Source of the DNA: Candidatus Saccharimonadia bacterium
GTDB taxonomy: Bacteria > Patescibacteriota > Saccharimonadia > UBA4664
Direction: 5' to 3'
Assembly (NCBI GenBank): GCA_041743505.1
Contig: JBGTMQ010000021.1
Location: 64,521-128,520 of the forward strand
Length of the DNA: 64,000 nt
In this document: positions 44,353 through 54,800 of the stretch, piece after piece
How the letters are laid out: the number at the start of each line of letters is the position of its first letter
Numbering within the stretch: position 1 is the stretch's first letter
Notes under the pieces: model-generated
The model's database searches: none
What the model saw: the letters and a program-made list of their open reading frames with translations, nothing else
Told to the model about the DNA's origin: nothing
Program-made: the position numbers and the translations under genes

Positions 44353-45141
44353 CTAGACCTGCTTTCCAGATGCGGGAGGGCTCCATGGCTGTTTGTCCGG
44401 TGTCAGCAGGACCCGCTGATAAGGTGGTTCGCCGAGCAGAAACGCTGGACTGTCGATTTGGGGCCGCGGGATGACGCCGGCTTGGGTGAGGATGAGCAAC
44501 AGCTGACCTTTGACTCCATCGGCTGCAGCATAGTCGGCTTCTGGCTCCCATCCGGAAGCACCAGTAACGGCGTTGAGCTCCTGGTCCGGTGTTAGCATGA
44601 GACGGAATCTGGAGCTACCGAAGGTGCGCGTGTCCCCTGGCCGCAGATTCCGCTCCCACATGACGGCTGTGTGAGTATCGTAGCCAAACCGGAGCGTGGT
44701 GCGGATTTTGAGGTGGGCAATTTCGTAGGGCGATAGCCCGACCCCGGGGATGGGAACCTGGAAGTCGCCAATGCCATACTCGCCCAGCAGGCCGAGCCGG
44801 ACTTGTTTGACTACGGCCGCGACGTAACCTGATTCGTCGTCAAAGTCTCCGCGCTCGGGTAGAGATTCGTGGTCCGGCTCTGGTACTTGGGAAAAACCCT
44901 CCACTACCAGAAGGTAGAATGGATTGTCCGGCCAAGCGCCCGTGGTTAGATTCCGTGTAATCTGGATGCTTCGGACTGATTGGCTGGCGGCAAGATCGAA
45001 GTGCTCCCGCGGGATATCACTTATCAACACGAACTTCACCTTTCCAGTGTCGTACGGAACATGTAAAGTACTACCCACACTTCTGTATGGATTCACCAAC
45101 GATACAATAAACTGTTTTTTTATAAAAGTACTATTGAGCAA
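44353..45141 (-). CDS. Hypothetical soluble protein (262 aa), first gene of the SPFH operon
   Basis: No TM and no recognisable motif. Confidence 0.45.
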   Translation of the reverse strand: MLNSTFIKKQFIVSLVNPYRSVGSTLHVPYDTGKVKFVLISDIPREHFDLAASQSVRSIQITRNLTTGAWPDNPFYLLVVEGFSQVPEPDHESLPERGDFDDESGYVAAVVKQVRLGLLGEYGIGDFQVPIPGVGLSPYEIAHLKIRTTLRFGYDTHTAVMWERNLRPGDTRTFGSSRFRLMLTPDQELNAVTGASGWEPEADYAAADGVKGQLLLILTQAGVIPRPQIDSPAFLLGEPPYQRVLLTPDKQPWSPPASGKQV

Positions 45142-45179
45142 AAAAATGCCGGAACCCCTATTATTCCAGAGGTTCCGGC
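45141..45179 (-). terminator. Rho-independent terminator GCCGGAACC-tctggaataatagg-GGTTCCGGC + T7
   Basis: 9-bp stem plus a U-tract, 3' of gene 45198..46265. Confidence 0.6.
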
Positions 45180-45197
45180 TCTAAAGATTGCACGCTC

Positions 45198-46265
45198 CTA
45201 GTAGCGGTCGTACAGGGTGGGTGTGAAAGGATGCAATTTGACTTCAAGGGTCAGGGCTATATCCTCATTCCCTTTGGCCCACGCGCTATTAAGCTTCAGC
45301 TGTAGCCGCTCGCACGCTTGACTAGAGGTGTCATGTGAGTAAAAACCGATAGGCAGCGTTACGCCGGCGGAGGTCTTGTAGGATTCGCCGTTGCCAATAT
45401 GATAGCGCCGCACAGCGGGCTCGGAGGCTAGAACCTCCGCTACCATGGCTTCGATTTGCGCGCAGACATGCTCGTCCAGCCGCTCGAACCCACCGGTGTG
45501 AGCGCTCATGAGACCCAGAGGATAAGCCGGCGTGAGCTCAGACTCGTTAATGGGCAGCAGGAGTGCCCGAACATACTCTGGCGTAGTTTCGAGGAGGTCA
45601 TCATTCACGAGTTCTGATAACAATTCCTCGAATAGCTCACCCACGCGGGACTGGGTTTCCGGAGCTGAAGCGCTCCAGTCCCGAGCCACGGCTTTGCGGA
45701 GAATATCTCTCCGCATCATCGTTGAGCCCTCATAGTAAAGCTGCGCGTAGACGAATTGCATGAGAATCGCCCGGACCACCTTGGCTCGAAGCGATACCTC
45801 GGCTAGATAGGCCTGATGCAGTTCATCCAACCTGGGGAGGAGCCAACCGAGCAGGTCATGAAGGTTGGTGAATATTGCAGCGTCGGGATGAAACTCCCGT
45901 TCTCGCACGAGGGCTCTTTCGAGCTGCTTTCGCACGTGGCCTTCGGGCATATTTTCGACGTCAAATACCGCGGCAGCCCGGTCGCCGTAGCGGGTGAGGA
46001 CCTGGCCGGTGCGCTGCAACGAATAGCTTGACAGAGGGTTTCCCTCTTGCATTGGATCGCCGTTGAAGTAGATGTATAAAGCACTGCGCTCCGCTACGGC
46101 ATCCTCATTCTGTTGCTCGCTATAGCCCCAAGTGCCGGGCGAAACTGATGGATCGTAGAACATTGCTTCGGGATATCCCAGCTTCACAAGCAGGGCAATG
46201 AGTGGCTTGCGCCACGGGTTATTGCCGACTGTTCCGCCAAAGAACACTATCCAATGCTGATTCAT
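45198..46265 (-). CDS. Protein with N-terminal nucleoside 2-deoxyribosyltransferase-like (Rossmann/SLOG-like) domain and helical C-terminal domain, tentative
   Basis: HWIVFFGGTVGNNPW resembles the (T)IYFGAGWF N-terminal strand-loop of NDT-fold proteins. AGGAGG RBS before ATG (MNQHW). Confidence 0.35.
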   Translation of the reverse strand: MNQHWIVFFGGTVGNNPWRKPLIALLVKLGYPEAMFYDPSVSPGTWGYSEQQNEDAVAERSALYIYFNGDPMQEGNPLSSYSLQRTGQVLTRYGDRAAAVFDVENMPEGHVRKQLERALVREREFHPDAAIFTNLHDLLGWLLPRLDELHQAYLAEVSLRAKVVRAILMQFVYAQLYYEGSTMMRRDILRKAVARDWSASAPETQSRVGELFEELLSELVNDDLLETTPEYVRALLLPINESELTPAYPLGLMSAHTGGFERLDEHVCAQIEAMVAEVLASEPAVRRYHIGNGESYKTSAGVTLPIGFYSHDTSSQACERLQLKLNSAWAKGNEDIALTLEVKLHPFTPTLYDRY

Positions 46266-46375
46266 TACCAGCCTCCTAGACGGTTGTGATGTACGCACTC
46301 TCCTAACTTAGATTAAAACATATTTCTCTTAAAAGTGCAACTATGCCGATGCTGTAGGGTAAGTGGGAGCTTTTG

Positions 46376-46795
46376 CTAAACGCCGAGGAAGCCGATAATG
46401 AGGCCCATAACCATGATGGTGGCGAACTCATTGCTAATGTTGAGTAATGTTAGTTTGGGGGGCCGGCCCTCAAAGGCGTCGTGAGTAATGAAGCGGGCAG
46501 CCGTAAAGCCGAGCCACATCCAGAAGGCAGTGGTGAGGGAGTCTTGCAGGAAGCTGTTTTGAAAGAATTGGTTGGAGAGAAATGCGACATGAGCGAGTAC
46601 GTAGGCTGTTATGAGGCTGACAACCATAGTAGCGGCGATGGGCTTAAAGACGCTGCCGCCGTCTTTTGACATATCGATTTTAGCGAGCTTGATCCAGGTA
46701 TTACCAAATACTGAGCGGGCATACCAGATGCTGCCGACGACTAACGAGCTGAGCATAGCCAGGATGACTGCTAGAATATTGATTTGTACTTCCAC
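46376..46795 (-). CDS. DUF1761-like small membrane protein
   Basis: 4 TM, 139 aa. Confidence 0.45.
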   Translation of the reverse strand: MEVQINILAVILAMLSSLVVGSIWYARSVFGNTWIKLAKIDMSKDGGSVFKPIAATMVVSLITAYVLAHVAFLSNQFFQNSFLQDSLTTAFWMWLGFTAARFITHDAFEGRPPKLTLLNISNEFATIMVMGLIIGFLGV

Positions 46796-46859
46796 GTATT
46801 TTAGACTCCCTTATGCCTAAATTGTACTCCTCGCGAATTGTTTTCCCTAGCCCGGCGCC

Positions 46860-48107
46860 TTAATCGTGGCGGAGGGCCTCGATGGGATTGACACGAACGG
46901 CCCGCCAAGCCGGGTAGGCGACCACGAGCAGGGCGACCACGATAACCAATCCGAGAGTGCTAAAGACAAGCCACCAGGGCAGGCTAAAGATATTGACGGG
47001 ATCGGTGACGCCACGTGAGCTGGCCAGCCGGGTGAGACCGAGGTTAATGGCGACGCCCAGCAGCCAAGATGAGGCAATGCCGCAGATACCGCCCAAGACG
47101 GCCAGGCCAACGGCTTCGGCAACAAACAAGCGGCGGATGTCTTTGCGCCGGGCGCCGAGGGAGATCATAAGAGCGATTTCACGGGTGCGTTCGAGCAGAG
47201 AGATGGTGAGGGTGTTGAACATGCCTAAAACGGCGATGAGCATGCCAATGCCACCGAAGCCGGCCAGGATAAAGTTGAAGAAGACGAAAACCTGCTTGAT
47301 CTGGTTAAGGGTATCGATGGGCGATGTGGTGTTAAAGCCGAGCACCTCAATGCGCTTGCGAACGGCCGCGACATTGGACTCAGAGTCGACCATGACTTTG
47401 GCTTGCGCGTAATTGGTGACGCCGGCAGACGCGAAAAAGGTGTCGGGCATAAAGACCTCGGACCCGCTGCCGGTATCAACCACACCTTTAATAACGCCGT
47501 TGGCTAGGAGATGCCGTTTGGCGCCGTCGCCGGCGGGGGCCAAGATATCTAGGCGCAGGACTTTGCCGGTGGCTTTGGCGGGATCGCTAATGCCAATGAG
47601 CCTAGTGAGCGACGAGTTTACGAGTATCTCGCCGGGGCCGAGCTTGAGGCTGCCTTTGGTGGTGAGACGCAGCGAGCTGAGATTTAAGTAGGTTGAATCG
47701 GCGCCATAGACTACAGCATCGGTACTCGATTGGCCGAGCGTGACCTTGCTAGCCAGTGTGTAGCTTTTGGCAACGTCGGTGACATGAGGGATCTGGCGAA
47801 TTTTGGAGATATTCGGGGCATCGAGCGGGACAATATTGGAGCTGGGAGGCGTGACATCGACGGCGGTGACTGATTTGGATCCGATAACCTGCTTGAAAAC
47901 AAGATTTTGCAGGCCAAGACTAAATGAGAGTAAAAATGTGATGGAGCCAATGCCAATGAGAACGCCGCCGGCCGTGAGGAAGGTGCGGAGTTTGCGGGCA
48001 ATAAGGTTACGGTAGGCCATGTACAGGATTATTTTGGGACGAAGATGGCGCGTGCCGGCGTTGGCCTCGAATTCGACGTAGGCGGTCGACTTGACTGATT
48101 TAGCCAT
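46860..48107 (-). CDS. FtsX/MacB-type ABC permease
   Basis: N-terminal TM, ~250-aa extracytoplasmic domain, C-terminal 3-TM FtsX bundle. 8-nt overlap with the ATPase gene. Confidence 0.8.
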   Translation of the reverse strand: MAKSVKSTAYVEFEANAGTRHLRPKIILYMAYRNLIARKLRTFLTAGGVLIGIGSITFLLSFSLGLQNLVFKQVIGSKSVTAVDVTPPSSNIVPLDAPNISKIRQIPHVTDVAKSYTLASKVTLGQSSTDAVVYGADSTYLNLSSLRLTTKGSLKLGPGEILVNSSLTRLIGISDPAKATGKVLRLDILAPAGDGAKRHLLANGVIKGVVDTGSGSEVFMPDTFFASAGVTNYAQAKVMVDSESNVAAVRKRIEVLGFNTTSPIDTLNQIKQVFVFFNFILAGFGGIGMLIAVLGMFNTLTISLLERTREIALMISLGARRKDIRRLFVAEAVGLAVLGGICGIASSWLLGVAINLGLTRLASSRGVTDPVNIFSLPWWLVFSTLGLVIVVALLVVAYPAWRAVRVNPIEALRHD

Positions 48108-48831
48108 GTTTCACCCCTATTTTCCGGCGTCTGGCGGCATTTTGCTCGGTAGTGTCGGTGAGGAGGCCGTCTTTAATTTCTAGTTGTTGGGTACTAAAGC
48201 TCAGATAATCGAGGTTGTGGGTCACGAGAATGACGGTTTTACCCTGCTCTTTGACGCTCCGTTCGAGCAGGCCCATGATGAGCTCGCCGTTTCGGGAATC
48301 TAGATTGCCGGTGGGCTCATCGGCCACGATAACACGGGGGCTGGCAATAAGTGCGCGGGCCATGGAGACACGCTGTTGCTGCCCGCCCGAAAGTTGCGTT
48401 GGGTTGTGGGCCGAAATATTGCCGAGGCCGACCTGCTCGAGCCGCAACTGGGCGAGACTAGTGGCCTGCTGCCGGTCGTAGCCCGCTAGATAGAGCGGGA
48501 AGGAAACATTTTCGATGACATTGAGGCTACTAACCCAGTAGTTGGTTTGGTTGACCATGCCGAGGGTGAGCTGGCGGAACCGCGCCCGATCGTCCGGAGT
48601 GAGCTGGTAAAGGTCCTGTCCGAGCATGTCCACGGTTCCGCTAGTGGGAGGTTCGAGGCCGACAATGGTGTTGAGCAAGGTCGATTTACCTGAGCCGGAC
48701 GGTCCGTAGATGATGGCAAAAGCGCCCTCTTTGATTTCAAAGTTTACGTCGATGAGCGCCTTGACCGTCTCGGTGGCCAGGTCGAATTGTTTATGTAGAT
48801 TGGTGATTTTGAGAAGGGTTTTACTGCTCAT
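48100..48831 (-). CDS. ABC transporter ATP-binding protein (FtsE/MacB-like)
   Basis: Walker A GPSGSGKST, signature LSGGQQQRV, Walker B VIVADEPTGNLD. 4-nt overlap with the giant gene stop. Confidence 0.85.
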   Translation of the reverse strand: MSSKTLLKITNLHKQFDLATETVKALIDVNFEIKEGAFAIIYGPSGSGKSTLLNTIVGLEPPTSGTVDMLGQDLYQLTPDDRARFRQLTLGMVNQTNYWVSSLNVIENVSFPLYLAGYDRQQATSLAQLRLEQVGLGNISAHNPTQLSGGQQQRVSMARALIASPRVIVADEPTGNLDSRNGELIMGLLERSVKEQGKTVILVTHNLDYLSFSTQQLEIKDGLLTDTTEQNAARRRKIGVKHG

Positions 48832-51800
48832 TTGAGGAATCCAAATATGTTTGACAGGGCATTGAAGATGATGCTGAGAACGCTTTCGGTGCCCCGCCCG
48901 ATGATGGTGGACTGATCGGTGGAGCTACCTTCATTGCCGGCGCGGTCGCGGGAGATGGCCTTGAGATGGAAAACGGTGGAAGTGGGTAAATCGGAAATAA
49001 TAACCACGTGGTCGTAGGTGTAATTTTGGTCTTCGGCGGTTTTGGTGCTGTAGCTGTCGCCGGACGAGCCTTGATTGAAGGCGACCTGGCTGGCGGCTGG
49101 CTCGTCGGTCTTCCAGCTAACCACCATCTGGCCGCGGGCGTCTGAGCCAGTGCCCTTGATGCTGGATTCTATGGTGACTCGCGAGACTTTGGGTGGGCGG
49201 GTGTCGAGGGCGGTGCGGAAGACTTGTTGATCGGAAACGGCCAGATTGCCGCTGCCGTCACGCGAGGAGGCGGTGAGAATGTATTCGCTATTATCGACGA
49301 GGTCGCTAATGGTGATCTGGTGGTCGGTGGTGAGCTTGGATTCGCTGACCTCCAACTGTTTTTGGCCGCGGGGCCCGTACTGGAGGCCGGAGGTGGCGGG
49401 CACATTGGTGGTCCAGGAGACAAGCTGAGTGTTCGTGGGGGCTCCGGCGACCGGCTGGAAGCGCAGGTCCGAGATACGGGGCCGGGCCGGGGTGGTAAAG
49501 GTGAAGATACTGGAATTGTACTCATTGCCATCGGCATCGAAGGTGTTGATTTTGTAGAAGTATTTAGTCCCGTCATCGAGGTTAGTGAGTTGGGCGGTAT
49601 AGGAAGATTCGGCGGTGGAGGTGTTGAGAATCTGGACGCCGCCAAAACTGTCGGTCTTGCCAAAGTAAATCTTGGTGCTGGTGGCGTCTTTGGAGGTGAA
49701 ATGAATGGAAGTACTGGTAAGCCCGACGGACGGATTGGTGACTTCTTTGATGAGGGGGGCCGGCGCCGTGGTGAAGCTAAACTCATCGGAGCTGCCCAGG
49801 TTGCCGTCTTCGTCGATCCATTTGGCTTTGGCAAAGTAGAGTGTACCGGGAGACAAGTTGGTGAGATTGATGGTGTGAGCTGTCACCTGGTTGGAATTGG
49901 CGACTTCATCGCTGGAGTAATTGCCGCTGGAGGTACCAAGCGCGATGCGCGAGTCACTGGCGCGGTTGGTGACCCAGCTAATGGTGGCGCGGCGGGTGGT
50001 GACATTTTGCACGGCCACCTGGTTGAGCAGGCCGGCCGGGCTGGTGAAGCGGCCGGTAGGCAGCTTGGAGACTGAGTTAGAGGCTACGCCACAGTTATTG
50101 GCTGAGTCACAGGCTTTGATTTTGTAGTAGTACGTGATTTGACTGAGGCCGCTGTCGACCAGGCTGGTGGCGCTGGTGGTGGCGACGACGCTAAAGTTGA
50201 CGTTGTCGGTGGAGCGGAAGACGCGGTAGGTGGCCACGCCGGCGCCCGGATTGGTGGGTGGTTCCCAGGTGAGAGCCAGGCGCCAGTTGGCGGTGGATTT
50301 GATGGAGGCGTCGACGACGTCCGGGTTGAGCGGCATACCCGGGGCGGAGGTATTGGCCGTGAAGATGACACTAGCTGCAGTGGCGTAGTTAATGTTGCCG
50401 GCCTCATCTTTGGCTACAACATAGAACGTGTTATCGCCGGGCTGGGTGGCGTAGGGTCCGGCAGTAATGTTGGTAACGCCGGCAGCGGTGAAGGTGCAGT
50501 TGGAGACGGTGGGTGTGGCATTGACGGTGTAGCAGTAGGTGAGGTTGGCGGCTTGCCCGGCAAATGAGGCCGGAGCCACCCAGTTGAAGCTAAATGAGTT
50601 GGTGGTGTTGGTAGTGGGGATGGCGGCGAGGTTTTGAGGTGAGCTCGGTGAACTGGTATTAATTTTAAGCGCAGTGGTGACATAGACGGGTGAGACATTA
50701 CCGGCCAGATCCCAGGTGCGGAAGTAAATGGTGTTGTTGCCCTCAATGAGGTTGGCAAAGTCCGGGGTATTTTGGGTGGTATAGGACCCATCGTTGGCGA
50801 GCAGGTCGGTGGCGTCCTGAGTGCCGAAGTGGTTGTCCCCATACCAGGGGCTGGAGGCGCCAATGCGATACTGGAGGCCGGCCACACCAGAGTTGGCGTC
50901 GCTGGCGGCATCACTGCCACTGGTTTGCCAGGTGAGCGTGGCGGTTTTGGTGGCAATGAAGTTTGATGGGGCCGTGATGAAGGCCGGATTGGTGGGCGTG
51001 GTGTTATCGAAGCGGAACTGGAAGTTGGTGCTGGTGCTTGAGACAGCATTGCCGGCCCGGTCGATGGCGGTGACGTAGAGGTAGTAGGGATTGTTTGATG
51101 ACGTGAGCGCACTGGCAAGGTAGCCGCTGGTAGCCAGGTCCACGCTGTCGCCCGGCACAATGAACTGGCACGGCGTACCGGTGGTGGCCAATGGCGAGTT
51201 ACCAAGGATACCTTTGGTGCTGGTCGGGTCGGAGCCGGCTGTTTGACCGAGGTACAGGCAGTAACCGTAGATGCCAGCGCCAGCGTCGGAGCCGGCGGTC
51301 CAGCTGAAGTACGGCGAGCCGCCGTTGGTCCAGTCATTTGAGGCCACGGTGGGCCCACCGGCCGACTTGTACATGACGGCCGCGGTGGCGTTGGTTTCGG
51401 GTGGGGTTATGTCAGTGATGCCGGAAACGGTGACTGAGTCCAAGGTAACCCGTTGTGTGCCGTCACCTTGGGCGATAGCCTGCCATTTGATACCACCACC
51501 CATGACTACGGGGAACGTGGCGATGTTGCTGTTGATGACTGCGGCGGAGTTGGTTTGGGTGGTGTCGGCCGATACAACCCAGGCACTGCCGCTCCAGTAT
51601 TTCCACGTAGTGCCATTATCGGTCGAGAGGCGGTAGTTGATACTGCCTCCACCCAGTGTGGAACTGTCGCTAAAGGCGCTCCAGCTGGCAACGCCAGTGC
51701 CGAGGACGGCGCTGAGCGGGCTGACGGCGAGCGGAGCATTGGAGTAGGGTTTGGTGGTAAAGCTACTGCGGGCAGAGTCGCTGATGCGAACTTCGTCGAG

Positions 51801-54800
51801 TGAGCCGGCAAAGTAGCCCTGAGCCACGCCGGCCTGGGCGGCGCCAAAGGTGGTGCCGAGCAGAAGCGGCTGGCTGGTATTGGGCAGTGACAGCGAGGCG
51901 GAAGTGGAAGCATTGAGCGTGCCATCAATGTATAACTTCATGGTACCGCCGTCATAAGTGGCCGCCAGGTGATGCCAGCTGGTATTCTGGCCGACGGTGG
52001 CCGACTGCAAGAAGCCGTTGTTGCCATAGGACCAGATGGCGGCGTCGACGTTGGCTGAGTCGCCCAGGCCGGCGTAGAGTTTGCCGCGATAGGTGGTCAT
52101 GGCGCGGACTGTTTCGGTAGCATTGACGGCCCAGCTGCCATTCATGGCGTCGCCGCCGATTTGGGTCCAGGCGCCATTGTCGTATTGCCAGACCTCGCCA
52201 TCGCTGGCGGTGTTGGCCAGTCCCGCGTAGAGTCCGCCGTTGTAAACCGACAAGCCCTTGGCTTGCTCGTATTGGCCGTCGATCCAGCTACCGCCTATGG
52301 CGTCGCCGCCGATTTGCGACCAGGCCGTGCCATTCCACTCCCAGATTTCGGCGTCTGCGGTGGTGTTACCGAGGCCGGCGTAGAGTTTGCCATTGTAGGC
52401 TTGAAGAGATTCTACCTGCTCGTAGACGGTATTCCAGCTGCTGTTTAGGCCATCGCCGCCGATCTTGGTCCAGGTGGCTCCACCCCATCGCCAGACTTCG
52501 GCGTCGGTGGCGCTGGCGCCCAGCCCAACGTGGAGCTGTCCGCCGAAGACGGTCATGGAGCTGACGCGCTCAAAGCCGGCCGCCCAGCCGCTGTTTAGGC
52601 TGTCGCCGCCGATCTTGGTCCAGGCCGTGCCGTTCCAACGCCAGACTTCGGCGTCGCCCGCAGTATTACCGAGGCCGGCGTAGAGATTGCCACCAAAGGT
52701 AGCGAGCGAATAGACTTCCTCGTATCCGGCGGCCCAGCCGCTGTTTAGGCTATCGCCGCCAATTTGGGTCCAGGCAGTGCCGTTGTAGCGCCAGACTTCG
52801 GCGTCCCCGGCGGTAGTGCCCAGGCCGACATACAAATTCCCACCATAGCTGGTCATGCTGAGAACGTTTTCGAAGGTATTAACCGCCCAGCTGGAGTTAA
52901 TCCCCTGCCCGCCCACAAGCGCCCATGATGTGCCGTCAAAGCGCCAGACTTGGGCGTTGCCGGCCACGGTATTACCGAGACCGGCGTACAGATAGTCGCC
53001 CGAGACGGTCATACTTTCAACATCTTGAAGATTGAAAAAGCCCCAGCTTTTATTGACGTAGCCGCCGCCCATCCGCGTCCAGGACGTACCGTTGTAGGTC
53101 CAGATTTCGGCGTTGTTGCCGGCCGCGGTTAGGCCGGCGTAGAGGGTGCTGCCCGTATAAAGCAGAGACTGCACAATAGTATGCGTGTTGGTGAAGCCGC
53201 TATTTAACCCATCGCCGCCAATTTGGGTCCAAGCCGTGCCGTTGTAGCGCCAGACTTCATTGTCGCCGGCAGTATTGCCTAGGCCGGCGTAAACGTTGGT
53301 GCCATCGTCGGTTAAGGCGTAAACCCCTTCATAGTTGGTGTTCCAGCTACTATTTAAGCCGTCGCCGCCAATTTGGGTCCAAGCCGTGCCGTTGTAACGC
53401 CAGACTTCGGCGTCGGTGGTGCTGAGGCCGATGCCGGCGTAGAGATCACTGCCGAGCCAGCGCAGACTCTGGACGGTCTCGTAGGTCACATCTGCCCAGC
53501 TGGAGTTGACGGCATCACCGCCGATTTTGGTCCAGGCCGGTGTGGTGCCACAGTTGCCGCAGCGCCAGACCTCGGCGTCCCCGGCGGTAAGCCCTAGGCC
53601 GGCGTAAATGTTGGTGCCGTCTGTCGCCAGAGACGGGACGATTTCGTAGTTGGTGGTCCAGCCGCTAGCCAGGCTGTCGCCGCCAACTTTGGTCCAGGCA
53701 CTGCCATTCCAGCGCCAGACTTCGGCGTCGTTGGCCGAGCTGCCGATGCCGGCGTACAAGTTAGAGCCCATCACGACCATACTGGTGACTTCCTCATAGG
53801 TGTTGACGACCCAGCTGCTGTTAATGCCGTCGCCGCCGATCTTGGTCCAGCTGGAACAGCCAGTGGAGGTGTCACAGCTCCAGACTTCGGCATCCCCGGC
53901 ACTGGAACCCAGCCCGGCGTAAAGCGTGTTGCCATTGGCGGCTAGTGACAGGACATTTTCGAACGTTTGGTCGGACCAGCTGGAGTTCTTGCCGTCGCCG
54001 CCGATTTGGGTCCAGGTGGACCCATCCCATTTCCAGACCTCAGCATCAGCCACGGCATTGCCTAACGCGGCATAGACGTTGCCGCCGATAGCAACCTGGG
54101 CGTTGACAGATAACTTACCGTTTAGGTCCCAGCTACTCTTGACGTCGTTGCCGGCTTGTTGAGTCCAGTTGGTGGCTGCGGAATTAGCCAGCTCATACGT
54201 GACCTTGCCGGTTTCCTGGTCGTAATACAGCTTGTAGGAGCCCTTGTCGATGACACCCTGCTGATGGTCGTGGCTGGTGTCCGAGAACGTGCCCGCGAAT
54301 TTGGTCCAGGCCTCCAGGGTATTGTCCTGGTCCAATGAGAGTGAGGCAGAATCTGTGGCCGATACTTGATCGCTGGTTCCGTTAAGCGTGAGGCCGTTGT
54401 TTAAGTTACCGAGGCCGAACGTGCCGCCGGTGACTGCACCCGTGTTGCTATTGGTTGAGGAATCGGCGGCGCTACCACCGCCGGCTTCATCCAGGTGGTA
54501 GAGGGCTTCGGTGGCGGCATCAGGGGTGTAGTTTTGAGCTTTATGACGGACGCTGGTACCACTAACCTCGAGGGCGCTGTCGATGGAGAAATTGCTGGGT
54601 GTAGTGAAGTCCCAAGTATGGGATGAGTCAGCAAAGATAGCGTGGTGCAGGCCGCTCACAAAGAAAATACCAATGATGTAGGCTGTGAGGGCGGCGTAAT
54701 GCACCCGATGATGGTGACGATGGTTATGCCAGCGATCATACCAGTCAAACTGACGACGGAGGTGCTGATGCGGACGGGCGGCAAGATGGTGGTGGGCTGT

